From a virus (taxonomy: Duplodnaviria; Caudoviricetes), in IMG/VR virus record IMGVR_UViG_3300033066_001857, positions 5,002 through 69,001 of that record: 64,000 bases of DNA, one strand, 5' to 3'. This document shows positions 19,244 through 28,685 of this stretch, piece after piece. Made by a program: the position numbers and the translations under genes. Each line of letters begins with the position of its first letter. Position 1 is the first letter of the stretch. Below the pieces are notes generated by a model that worked only from the letters and a program-made list of their open reading frames with translations, made no database searches and was not told the origin of the DNA.

Positions 19244-21532
19244 CTATGCCAAACCTTCTTCTTGGAGGATCTCCTGAAGCTTCTGTCGGTCAATTTGAAC
19301 CTTATTCCAGCCTTTTTGATAGGTATCATCATACCTTCCAGTTTTTGACCAGTGGTAATGATGGACAATTGCATTCTCTGCCCGCATTGCCTGATCCAGC
19401 CTTTTAGCACGTGCCCAAAGCAAATTGTCGACTCCGCAGTGATGTAAACGAGGATCGAAGATCTGGCCGTTTAGGAGATGGACCAGGTCCCTGTGTATAA
19501 TGAAATGCTCGCAGATATTTCCCTCATCCTCCAGGAGGGGGCCGGTATTGAAGGATACCAGTTTCTTAGAGTTCTCTACAGATACCCGGATAGCTTCTTT
19601 TAAAGCCGAAGGAGTAAACTCTGTGTCATTGGCCATGTAACAGATATATTCCCCGGTAGCTGTCTCCAGGGATGCCTGGACCTTATTAGGGACCGATTCC
19701 GGGCCTTTGGAGACAATCACCTCTATAGCCCTGGAAGGATAGTCAAGGGCGTAAATGCTCTCTAATAGCTTCTGGAGGCCAAAGGTCCTATCCATATGTG
19801 GCACAAGGATGCTTACTTTAGGGTATTTGGTAAGAACTGTGCCAAAACTCCAGTTTTCCATCACTACACCCTGGCTTTCAATCTGAAGCTCTGGGAACAG
19901 CTCCAGGAAGTTTCTAAAGCTTTCCTGGGTATATGCATGCATGTGCTGATTATGACTATAGTATGGGTCCATGGTATTGATACCCCCCTGGTCAGGAAGG
20001 ACAATGATCATCTTCCCGAGCGGTTTGAGTATTCTAATCCATTCGCGGAGAGTTTTGACCGGATCGAGCATATGCTCAAAAGAGTGTCTGGAGATAATTG
20101 TATCGGCATTGTTGTCCCCAAAAGGAAGCTTATCTATGCTGCAGGTTATATCGGACACAGGTCGCACATCAACTCCTACAGCATTTTCTGTTGTTTTGTG
20201 GCTACCACAGCCCAGATCCAAAATAAGTCCTTCCTTGAGTGCAGCAAGAGCATACAGTCTTTCAGGATGCTCTGCCTGTGGAATAGTAAAGTTGTTTTGA
20301 GCAGGTTTCATTTCAGGATAGAGCTCTTCAAAAGATTCTTTCGTAATCTGAAAGGTTCGAGTGTTTCCAATATAAGGATCAAAAGCTGATCCAGCATCAA
20401 TGCAAGTAAGATTTCTATTCTTAGATAACAGATTTGAAATCAATACTTTAGATAGCATTCCTGCACAAAAGACGTAGATCGCGTTATCTTGCGGAACAAG
20501 CTTACTGTCAATATCTGAAATACTCGAATAAGCATTCAGTAAAGGTACTTCTACAAAGACAGTTGCTTTTAAAAGCTTTGTGATAGGTTCCAGTCTCTGA
20601 GGGGCGACAAAAACTACGGTTCTGCCACTCTCGGCTATTGCTCGATAGAAGTTTCTGACCTTAGTCAGTTCTGAATCGGTTCTGTGTAAGAGGATATTGT
20701 ATTCTTTCTGCTTGTCAAAATCGACAATTGTTACTTCTGGCATCAAAGCCATGGAAGAATACGCTTTGATCAGTCCGTCTGCAAGCTCTGCGGAGTACGG
20801 GTGTCCATCACAATTAGCACCAGGGTTTCCTGTCATACAGGCAAGTTCCCCGTCTCCCCTTTTTACAAAAGAGAAATTAATGCCATTCTTGATATTAAAA
20901 ATGAATTTGTCAAGTCTTCCTTCTGTCCAACTCTTTGCAAAGTGGTGGATACAAATTGTATTTTCAGTAAAGTTGGATTCCCCTGTCAGATTGTTGTAGG
21001 GATAGAAAACATCAGGTTCAGCAATTCTCATCTTGTCCTGATACCTAACTCCGATCTTGTTTAAAAGATCCATGGAGGATTCATAACAAAGCTCATCATC
21101 CCCCCTGAATCCTTCCTCAACAGTTTTTATCCATTCTTGGACAAGCGGGTGGCCTGACTCTGAACCGACCACCGCTGTCCCGAGAACCGTGAACGTTTCC
21201 GTACTCAGTTCTTTTCCTACAAAAAATGGGCTTCCCATCCAACTATCAAAATTCTTCCCTGCAAGGATTTCTACGTCTGCATCCAAATATATTCCACCCT
21301 CTGTGAGGAGATAGTGCATGCGGAGATAATCAGAAGCCTTACACCACTTCTTTGAAAGATGGGGGCTGTTCAGGCACTCCTGCATGTACTTCGAATCTTT
21401 AAAACAATTTTCCAGGGTTATAAGACGATGCTCATATCCAGGAAGTTTATGCGTTTCGATACAGCGCTGAATGAACTCAGGAATAATTCCGTCCTTATTC
21501 AGCCATACTGTAAATATCCTCTTTGGTATCAT
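19244..21532 (-). CDS. Four-domain fusion: DXD sugar transferase (GT32-like) + GT-D-like + class I SAM methyltransferase + GT2
   Basis: MIPKRIFTVW...GGIYLDADVE; FSFVKRGDGE...IDAGSAFDPY; ILDLGCGS...SRHSFEHM; PKVSILVPHMDR...YICYMANDTE. Confidence 0.75.
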   Translation of the reverse strand: MIPKRIFTVWLNKDGIIPEFIQRCIETHKLPGYEHRLITLENCFKDSKYMQECLNSPHLSKKWCKASDYLRMHYLLTEGGIYLDADVEILAGKNFDSWMGSPFFVGKELSTETFTVLGTAVVGSESGHPLVQEWIKTVEEGFRGDDELCYESSMDLLNKIGVRYQDKMRIAEPDVFYPYNNLTGESNFTENTICIHHFAKSWTEGRLDKFIFNIKNGINFSFVKRGDGELACMTGNPGANCDGHPYSAELADGLIKAYSSMALMPEVTIVDFDKQKEYNILLHRTDSELTKVRNFYRAIAESGRTVVFVAPQRLEPITKLLKATVFVEVPLLNAYSSISDIDSKLVPQDNAIYVFCAGMLSKVLISNLLSKNRNLTCIDAGSAFDPYIGNTRTFQITKESFEELYPEMKPAQNNFTIPQAEHPERLYALAALKEGLILDLGCGSHKTTENAVGVDVRPVSDITCSIDKLPFGDNNADTIISRHSFEHMLDPVKTLREWIRILKPLGKMIIVLPDQGGINTMDPYYSHNQHMHAYTQESFRNFLELFPELQIESQGVVMENWSFGTVLTKYPKVSILVPHMDRTFGLQKLLESIYALDYPSRAIEVIVSKGPESVPNKVQASLETATGEYICYMANDTEFTPSALKEAIRVSVENSKKLVSFNTGPLLEDEGNICEHFIIHRDLVHLLNGQIFDPRLHHCGVDNLLWARAKRLDQAMRAENAIVHHYHWSKTGRYDDTYQKGWNKVQIDRQKLQEILQEEGLA

Positions 21533-23270
21533 TTTTAACAGTTTCGCGTTTTGAAAGATCTACCCACCAGATTGTACGTTCAATTCCATCAGGATGACCA
21601 AAAACCTCATCTACGGCTTGGATAACCCCCATCCAGGAGAGCTGATAGTCATGCCCGCAGATCATCCCTGTTTTCTTAACTTTTGGTAGCCATGCTGCAA
21701 TGTCATCACGAATGCTTTCATAGTCATGCCCTGCATCAATAAAGACCATATCCAGAGATTCATCTTCGAACTGTTTTGCAGCTTCCAACGAAGTCATCTT
21801 CATGATTGAAGGAGCAACTGTTGTCTTTGCTGTACTGATGTTCCTTTGGAATTGTGAGAATACATCTTCTTGTTTTGCTACATAGAACGTGGTATCTCTT
21901 ACGTCTGTAGATCCTTCCCAGGTATCCACGCAGGTAATACTACCATTTTCTCCAAAAGCTTTAGCACTTCCGCTTATAAGAGCATGGGTAGAGCGACCTT
22001 TCCAACTTCCGATTTCAACAATAGTTTTATACTTCTTGGCACTGTTATACAAAAACTGCAGCTCTGCAAACTGCATCCATCCCTCAATTCCATTATCAGG
22101 ATACTCGAAATAGTACTGGGTATCCCTGAGATATATAGGATTAAGTTCCTGATACTCAAGGCATTTCAAGAGGTGTTTCTGAGCTTCTTGAATGTTGCCT
22201 AACCATCCTTTGGCCCAGTACAGAATTTCATGAGGGACATGGGTATAGTCACTCATGTTATTTGCATAAAAGCCATTGTATGGTATTTCCAGAGCTGCAG
22301 CTGCATAACAGGCTGCGGATTGGTAATTGTTATTGCTTTTGAAAAAGAGTGCTAATCTCAAAAGAGGTTCTCTCCTGGAACCCTCTATATAAAATGCTTT
22401 ATTATAATACTCGACTTGCTTGTCTGGTTGGTTTATCATGCCATAACAATCACCAATATACACAGCCGATTGAGAGCGTTCTGTTTGCCAGCGATTCATG
22501 TTAATGTGTCTCTCAAACTCTTTGATTGCTGATTTAGGACGTCCGTTCCACATCAGTTCCCTGGCAAAATAATGGCTTTGTCTGTCAGCATCAGGGTGAT
22601 TAAAACAGTCTAAAGCCAATCCTTTTAAATAAGAATGTCTTTCTGTATCTCCATTTTGGTAATGCTCAAGCTTATACTTCTCTTCCGGGAGGAACATTCT
22701 TTTTGGAATCATTCCAGGAAGAGGCTGGAGAACCTCATGTATAATACCTGTCCAGTGCATTACCCTTCTGTCGTAAGCCTTGCTTTGAATAAACTTTACT
22801 GCTTCTTTCCCAAAGTGATCTTTTGCAAATACAAAGTTGTATTCAAATTGAGTTACTCCATCTGCAATCAACTTATTTACATACTCAATATTAAGCATGG
22901 CATTCACTTCATCTGCGTCATAGCAGAAGATCAGGTCATTGCTTGCCATATGAGCAGCATAGTTTCTTGCAGAGGAGTAATCAAAAAATGTATCCCCGCC
23001 TTTGACTGCATCTCTTTCTTCATCGACAATAAACCGTTCGTTGATAGCCTTTGCAGTATCCATGTCGATTGTGAAAATAAACTTCTTTCCTACTTCTTCT
23101 ACTTTGCAGCCAAGACTTCGCGCAATATCTGCGGTACCATCGTCTGAGCCCGTATCTAAAATACAAATCTCCCCACCAGACTCTTGAAAATCCTTAAGGG
23201 ATGCAACAAGTCTAGGGAGAGTTTCCCGTTCATTTTTTGCAATGACTACGATACTAAAGGTTGGTTTCAT
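21495..23270 (-). CDS. GT2 glycosyltransferase + TPR repeats + SAM methyltransferase (Methyltransf_24-like)
   Basis: FSIVVIAKNE...CILDTGSDD...FCYDADE; helical TPR-like middle; IVEIGSWKGRST...LDMVFIDAGHDYE...GHDY. Confidence 0.8.
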   Translation of the reverse strand: MKPTFSIVVIAKNERETLPRLVASLKDFQESGGEICILDTGSDDGTADIARSLGCKVEEVGKKFIFTIDMDTAKAINERFIVDEERDAVKGGDTFFDYSSARNYAAHMASNDLIFCYDADEVNAMLNIEYVNKLIADGVTQFEYNFVFAKDHFGKEAVKFIQSKAYDRRVMHWTGIIHEVLQPLPGMIPKRMFLPEEKYKLEHYQNGDTERHSYLKGLALDCFNHPDADRQSHYFARELMWNGRPKSAIKEFERHINMNRWQTERSQSAVYIGDCYGMINQPDKQVEYYNKAFYIEGSRREPLLRLALFFKSNNNYQSAACYAAAALEIPYNGFYANNMSDYTHVPHEILYWAKGWLGNIQEAQKHLLKCLEYQELNPIYLRDTQYYFEYPDNGIEGWMQFAELQFLYNSAKKYKTIVEIGSWKGRSTHALISGSAKAFGENGSITCVDTWEGSTDVRDTTFYVAKQEDVFSQFQRNISTAKTTVAPSIMKMTSLEAAKQFEDESLDMVFIDAGHDYESIRDDIAAWLPKVKKTGMICGHDYQLSWMGVIQAVDEVFGHPDGIERTIWWVDLSKRETVKNDTKEDIYSMAE

Positions 23271-23497
23271 TATCGATTATTTAAAGCTGAAGATAAAGAA
23301 TAACTATTTGCTGTTTTCTTACTTGACGACTGGTAAGCAAAAGCAGATGCTGCTCCAGCGGGACCAGTATATCCTGTATATCCCATAAAACTACCAGCTC
23401 CTGTGTAGCCAGTATATCCCCTAGGCCCAGTAAATCCCCTAGATCGACGCTCCTGTCCAGAGCCTCCTGAACTGCGACTAGGAGAACTTAAAAAGGG
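23270..23497 (-). CDS. -1 frame extension (73 aa, with GYT repeats) of the 71-aa ORF via a putative programmed frameshift
   Basis: Open from CCC TTT TTA: [53 protein letters not shown]...NNR*; its TAA (23272-23270) overlaps the ATG of the GT2-TPR gene. Confidence 0.6.
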   Translation of the reverse strand, partial: PFLSSPSRSSGGSGQERRSRGFTGPRGYTGYTGAGSFMGYTGYTGPAGAASAFAYQSSSKKTANSYSLSSALNNR

Positions 23498-23703
23498 CTG
23501 ATAACAATTTCTACGTTATCCGGTTTTTCTGCAAACTGGGAAGGAATTTCCCGTGTAATGTGAAACAGAAGTTCGCTTTCTGTTTTAGCGAGAGCTGTTT
23601 TGGGGTCCATGATGACTTTGGTGTCTTTGTACTCTTCTTTACCGTTGAGGTATTCGTACTCATGGAGCAGTACATAGTACTGGAATAGTTGTTTCTTCTT
23701 CAT
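23488..23703 (-). CDS. 71-aa protein ending ...VEIVISPF at a slippery sequence
   Basis: MKKKQLFQYYVLLHE...; last codons AGC CCT TTT TAA. Confidence 0.7.
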   Translation of the reverse strand: MKKKQLFQYYVLLHEYEYLNGKEEYKDTKVIMDPKTALAKTESELLFHITREIPSQFAEKPDNVEIVISPF

Positions 23704-23783
23704 TTTTGGTAGGTTTTTAGTTAAAAATATTACCTCATAAAGATAAGAAACAAGCGTAATCTGTATGTGTTTACCAACAATTG

Positions 23784-24449
23784 TTAGTATGTTCCTGGCG
23801 TCGAGACTTGGTAGGATACTCCTCCGGGAGTAGATCTCCGGAATTGAACTGTGTAAGTAAGAATGATTTGACCATCAAATCCTGAATAACCTGGCGCACC
23901 AGAGTCAATCTCTGATCCACCACCGCCCCCGCCTGTAGATAGGGCATCTGATCCACCAAATCCTGGATAGGTATCTCCTGCACCACCTCCTGTTGATCCT
24001 CCTGACGTACCGCTTCCATTAGTACCATTCCCAGAACTGGAAGCCGCACCTCCACCACCCCCACCACTTTGAGCGGCACCTATAGCACCGTCTCCACCAG
24101 AGAATTTTGTATCACCTGTACCAGAAGCTGCTGCTCCACCAGAACCTTGGGTTTGACCAGAAGCACCTCCTCCACCTTTGGCAACACAGGTTGTGGTATT
24201 GAAGGTTGTATCTTCGCCAGCAACCTCTGGTCCTCCACCTGTACCAACATAGTAACTATATGATACTCCGGGAGTTACAGAGAAAGTTTTTAGAGAATAA
24301 GCTCCACCCCCGCCACCACCAGTTCCAGTGAGGCCAGTAGGAGCACCCCCACCACCACCTGCTCCATAGCATTCAATTGCTACTGAATGCACGCCAGCGG
24401 GGCAGAGCCAAGACCCTGCCCCTGGAGTATTAAAAGTTTCGGTAGCCAT
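23784..24449 (-). CDS. Glycine-rich virion/tail protein
   Basis: TFNTPGAGSWLCPAGVHSVAIECYGAGGGGG...GGGGGGAY...GQIILTY, a phage glycine-rich domain pattern. Confidence 0.7.
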   Translation of the reverse strand: MATETFNTPGAGSWLCPAGVHSVAIECYGAGGGGGAPTGLTGTGGGGGGAYSLKTFSVTPGVSYSYYVGTGGGPEVAGEDTTFNTTTCVAKGGGGASGQTQGSGGAAASGTGDTKFSGGDGAIGAAQSGGGGGGAASSSGNGTNGSGTSGGSTGGGAGDTYPGFGGSDALSTGGGGGGSEIDSGAPGYSGFDGQIILTYTVQFRRSTPGGVSYQVSTPGTY

Positions 24450-27400
24450 TAAGTACAGTTTCCATTAGTGACGTAGAGATAAACACCTATCAGTTTGGCT
24501 GTTGCTGCCAAAGTGTCATTTGCATTTCCACCAGTTGCATCCCTACTAACCCTGAATTGAACCACATTTGCCGATCCTCCAAGATATCCAGCCGGAGTAA
24601 AGGGACTTGTGATATTTGATATGTGGATTTGGTAAGCAGTTGTTGTATTAGCTTCTGTCCGTTTTTGAATGGTTGACCATGTCCTATCTATAGTACTAGC
24701 CCCTTGCCATGCACAGGCTTCGATACCCCACTCTACGATATTTGTAGAAGTAGAGTTTGCAGTCCATACAAAGGATGCAGTCATATTTGTCATGTCAATA
24801 CTACAAGGAATCAGCGTTGTCCATTCTGTATACAGAAGCGATCCATCTGCATAGTCAAAGAACTGCATGTTCTGCTTGTTTGTTGAAGTCTCGTATTGTG
24901 ATGCGTATGCAGTTCCGCTTGTCGTAGACGGCCAACCACCTGCTCCCAGAATAATAACAGGAGAAGCTATAGGGCCAGTATAACCGGTATAACCAGTTCT
25001 TCCTGTATACCCTGTGTAACCGGTATAGCCAGTTGCACCTGCTCCAGAAGGGCCAGTATATCCAGTAGCACCAATAGGTCCAGTATAGCCGGTGTACCCA
25101 GTGTAACCCGTAAAGTTACCGGCTCCAGTGTACCCTGTAAATCCTGTATAGCCAGTATAGCCAGTCCTACCGGTGTATCCTGTATATCCCGTGTATCCAG
25201 TGTAACCAGTAAAATTGCCAGCTCCGGTATAACCCGTATACCCTGTATATCCAGTAGCACCCTGGGTTCCGTTAGGACCGGTGTATCCCGTGTAACCAGT
25301 ATAACCCGTGAAGTTGCCCGCTCCTGTATACCCTGTGTATCCAGTATAGCCTGTTCTTCCTGTATATCCAGTATAGCCGGTATAGCCAGTACTTCCCACA
25401 CCTGCAGGGCCAGTGTACCCTGTATAACCAGTATATCCAGTCGCTCCGGCTCCGGTATATCCGGTATATCCCGTATATCCGGTAAAGTTACCTGCACCTG
25501 TATACCCCGTATACCCGGTGTAGCCAGTAGCTCCCTGTGCACCATTTGGTCCAGTGTATCCGGTATAGCCCGTGTACCCTGTGAAATTACCTGCGCCAGT
25601 ATATCCGGTATAGCCTGTATAACCCGTAGGTCCTTGTGATCCGTTGGGACCGGTATATCCGGTATAACCTGTGTATCCAGTAAAGTTTCCAGCTCCTGTA
25701 TATCCAGTGTAACCCGTATATCCTGTTCTACCAGTATATCCAGTATATCCTGTATAGCCGGTATAACCAGTAAAGTTACCAGCCCCGGTATAGCCTGTGT
25801 ATCCAGTTGTTCCTTGCGGGCCCGTGTATCCAGTGTACCCAGTATACCCAGTAAAGTTTCCTGCACCAGTGTATCCTGTGTAACCAGTCGATCCAACAGG
25901 TCCAACTGGTCCTGTATAGCCTGTATAACCCGTATAACCAGTATAACCGGTAAATGCTCCTGCTCCAGTATACCCCGTGTATCCAGTCGGGCCAGTATAA
26001 CCAGTGTATCCAGTAAATGCTCCTGCACCTGTATATCCAGTGTAACCTGTATAGCCGGTATATCCAGTATAGCCAGTAGATCCAGCACCTGCGGGTCCCG
26101 TATATCCAGTGTAACCAGTTGTACCAACCCCTGTATATCCCGTATATCCGGTGTATCCAGTCGCACCAGTTGCTGAGGCTATACCTTGTGGGCCCGTATA
26201 GCCCGTGTAACCTGTGTATCCAGTGCTACCTGCATTTCCCTGAGGTCCTGTATAACCTGTCGGACCAGTATAACCAGTAGATCCTTGTGCACCTTGTGTA
26301 CCGGTATAACCTGTGTATCCCGTATATCCTGTTGCTCCCTGAGAACCAGGTGTACCGGTATAACCTGTATACCCAGTGTAGCCAGTAAAGTTGCCAGGGC
26401 CTGTATAACCAGTATATCCAGTTGGTCCCTGCGGACCTGTGTATCCGGTATAACCAGTAGTTCCCTGAGATCCTGCAGGTCCAGTGTAGCCAGTATAGCC
26501 AGTAGTTCCTGCAGGTCCGGTATAACCTGTATAACCTGTAGTTCCAGCCCCTGTGTAACCCGTGTAACCAGTATATCCCGTAAAGTTACCAGCACCAGTA
26601 TAACCAGTATATCCCGTGGTTCCGGCAGTTCCCGTGTAACCAGTAAAACCTGTATAACCGGTGTATCCCGTTCTACCAGTATAACCTGTGTAACCGGTTA
26701 TTGAAGGTCCTGTATAACCCGTATAGCCTGTAAAGTTTCCTGCCCCCGTATAACCGGTATACCCAGTAGCCCCTGTTCCTCCGGCACCCGTATAACCGGT
26801 ATAACCAGTATGCCCAGTATAACCAGTTGGGCCATAGTTTCCAGTTGTGACAAGCCATGTGTTTGTGGCAGTTTTAACCAGTGCCACAACAGCATATTGG
26901 CCACTTAAGGTTGTAGATGTAGCTTCGACAGTTACACCTCCTGCACCTGCTATGGATGTTGTTCCTGTACCACCTTGTTCAACGACAATCTGAGAGCCGA
27001 TAGGGAATGCTACGGAGGCATTTGTTGGGATTGTAACAGTATTGGGGGAAGCCGATACCATTTTTACACCCTGCCCTTTATCAGAAAGAGCCAGTGTGTA
27101 ATCAGTAACCTGTGTTGTAAACACAAGTGTATCGGGACCTGTATACCCTGTATAACCAGTTGCACCGGCTAAACCAGTGTAACCTGTATAACCAGTTGTA
27201 CCCGTTGTACCAGCACCTGTGTAACCTGTATAACCTGTGTAACCAGTAGGTCCATGTGCACCGCTTCCATTTACTACAAATCGTCCTGCAAACCGCTGAT
27301 CGGGATCAGACGGAACGCACATTGTAACGTTGTTTGTATCAGCCTCTACGATGGACCCAACTAACGTTTGAGCAGGAGTACCTGTTTCATCCCATACCTC

Positions 27401-28315
27401 AACTACCAGATTAAGAGTACTGAGATTGTGGTTGAATGTGATACAGTAATTAGATCCAGAAAGTGTCCAGTCACTGGTTGCATTGAACTGTTGTGAAAAG
27501 GCAAGAGCTCCTGCTCCAGTATATCCGGTGTAACCAGTGGCTCCATATCCTGTATAACCAGTGTACCCAGTATACCCAGTGAAGTTCCCTGCCCCTGTAT
27601 AACCCGTATAACCTGTTACCCCTTGAGTACCTGCAGGACCCGTGTAGCCTGTATAACCTGTATAGCCAGTTTGACCTTGTGGGCCAGTATAACCGGTATA
27701 GCCTGTATATCCAGTTCTTCCGGTATATCCAGTGTAGCCAGTGTAACCTGTCGTACCGGCATTACCTACAGGTCCAGTATAACCAGTGTATCCAGTATAT
27801 CCAGTTTGTCCTTGTGGTCCTGTATAACCAGTATATCCGGTATAACCCGTAGCACCAGTAGCTGCTGCTGCACCTTGGGGTCCGGTGTAACCTGTGGCTC
27901 CTGTATATCCAGTATAGCCTGTTGCACCAGTTGCTGCGGCAGCCCCTTGTGGTCCAGTATAACCTGTAGCTCCAGTATATCCGGTGTAACCAGTAAAATT
28001 GCCTCCTGAAGAACCTATTAGCTGGAAGTTAGTTCCGTCATATGAAACATAGACGATTTGACCAGTGAGGATCTCTCCCCCTGTCAAATCGGTAGAAACC
28101 AGTTTCTTAATGGATTTTGCTGCCATTCCGTTTACAGAAAGGGTAGAAGCTCCACTATTGGAGTTTGCAGCTTTGAACTTAAAATTCAAACCCGAGGTGT
28201 AACTGGTGATTGCAGGAACTAATGTTACAGCATAAGCATTAGAGGACCCGGTATCTACTAAGACACCGTATAACTCTTCAGCCATACTGGTTTGGATATT
28301 ACCTTTAAATTTCAT
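24449..28315 (-). CDS. Collagen-like tail fibre with Gly-Tyr-Thr repeats (fibre A)
   Basis: 1288 aa; N-terminal tail-fibre anchor ([19 protein letters not shown]...YDGTNFQL); very long (GYT)n tracts with two inserted globular modules; C-terminal beta head. Confidence 0.8.
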   Translation of the reverse strand: MKFKGNIQTSMAEELYGVLVDTGSSNAYAVTLVPAITSYTSGLNFKFKAANSNSGASTLSVNGMAAKSIKKLVSTDLTGGEILTGQIVYVSYDGTNFQLIGSSGGNFTGYTGYTGATGYTGPQGAAAATGATGYTGYTGATGYTGPQGAAAATGATGYTGYTGYTGPQGQTGYTGYTGYTGPVGNAGTTGYTGYTGYTGRTGYTGYTGYTGPQGQTGYTGYTGYTGPAGTQGVTGYTGYTGAGNFTGYTGYTGYTGYGATGYTGYTGAGALAFSQQFNATSDWTLSGSNYCITFNHNLSTLNLVVEVWDETGTPAQTLVGSIVEADTNNVTMCVPSDPDQRFAGRFVVNGSGAHGPTGYTGYTGYTGAGTTGTTGYTGYTGLAGATGYTGYTGPDTLVFTTQVTDYTLALSDKGQGVKMVSASPNTVTIPTNASVAFPIGSQIVVEQGGTGTTSIAGAGGVTVEATSTTLSGQYAVVALVKTATNTWLVTTGNYGPTGYTGHTGYTGYTGAGGTGATGYTGYTGAGNFTGYTGYTGPSITGYTGYTGRTGYTGYTGFTGYTGTAGTTGYTGYTGAGNFTGYTGYTGYTGAGTTGYTGYTGPAGTTGYTGYTGPAGSQGTTGYTGYTGPQGPTGYTGYTGPGNFTGYTGYTGYTGTPGSQGATGYTGYTGYTGTQGAQGSTGYTGPTGYTGPQGNAGSTGYTGYTGYTGPQGIASATGATGYTGYTGYTGVGTTGYTGYTGPAGAGSTGYTGYTGYTGYTGYTGAGAFTGYTGYTGPTGYTGYTGAGAFTGYTGYTGYTGYTGPVGPVGSTGYTGYTGAGNFTGYTGYTGYTGPQGTTGYTGYTGAGNFTGYTGYTGYTGYTGRTGYTGYTGYTGAGNFTGYTGYTGYTGPNGSQGPTGYTGYTGYTGAGNFTGYTGYTGYTGPNGAQGATGYTGYTGYTGAGNFTGYTGYTGYTGAGATGYTGYTGYTGPAGVGSTGYTGYTGYTGRTGYTGYTGYTGAGNFTGYTGYTGYTGPNGTQGATGYTGYTGYTGAGNFTGYTGYTGYTGYTGRTGYTGYTGFTGYTGAGNFTGYTGYTGYTGPIGATGYTGPSGAGATGYTGYTGYTGRTGYTGYTGPIASPVIILGAGGWPSTTSGTAYASQYETSTNKQNMQFFDYADGSLLYTEWTTLIPCSIDMTNMTASFVWTANSTSTNIVEWGIEACAWQGASTIDRTWSTIQKRTEANTTTAYQIHISNITSPFTPAGYLGGSANVVQFRVSRDATGGNANDTLAATAKLIGVYLYVTNGNCT
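24965..28010 (-). repeat. (GGN TAY ACN)n Gly-Tyr-Thr coding repeats, fibre A
   Basis: 9-nt periodicity with heavily varied third codon positions. Confidence 0.9.
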
Positions 28316-28316
28316 C

Positions 28317-28685
28317 TTATGTAGTTAAGTTGCCTACGACATACCACTCATTTGTGGCAATTTTTATGAGAGTAACAACTGAATACCTTTCGGCAATTTT
28401 CAGAGCTCCTCCAGTGCTTCGAAGCGTAACCCCGCTTCCAGCAACAATTGTTGGCTGCCCTATACCGTACCAAGAAACCATAACCTGGGTTCCAATAGGG
28501 AATGCAACTGTGGAGTTTGGGGGAACAGTTAAATTGTTAGAAGAGGCAACATTCATTTCCACAATTTTTGTAGAATCGTCTATTGCCAAAGTGTAACTTG
28601 CAGTTCTCCGGTTTGTGAGAACTCCGACATCAAGAATTCCTTTTACATTCATAATATACGTTTTAGTCAGTGAATTAACCAGCAT
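28317..28685 (-). CDS. Stand-alone copy of the 'SYTLA..D...FPIGTQ' fibre module
   Basis: 122 aa; aligns by eye with modules inside both GYT fibres; start may be the second Met at 28652. Confidence 0.65.
   Translation of the reverse strand: MLVNSLTKTYIMNVKGILDVGVLTNRRTASYTLAIDDSTKIVEMNVASSNNLTVPPNSTVAFPIGTQVMVSWYGIGQPTIVAGSGVTLRSTGGALKIAERYSVVTLIKIATNEWYVVGNLTT

Noticed and set aside
24967-26166. Long alternative-frame ORFs over the fibres (399 aa; 427 aa at 33688..34971; 302 aa on + at 34052)
   Set aside because: GGN-TAY-ACN repeats rarely generate stops in the shifted frames; the products are low-complexity by-products
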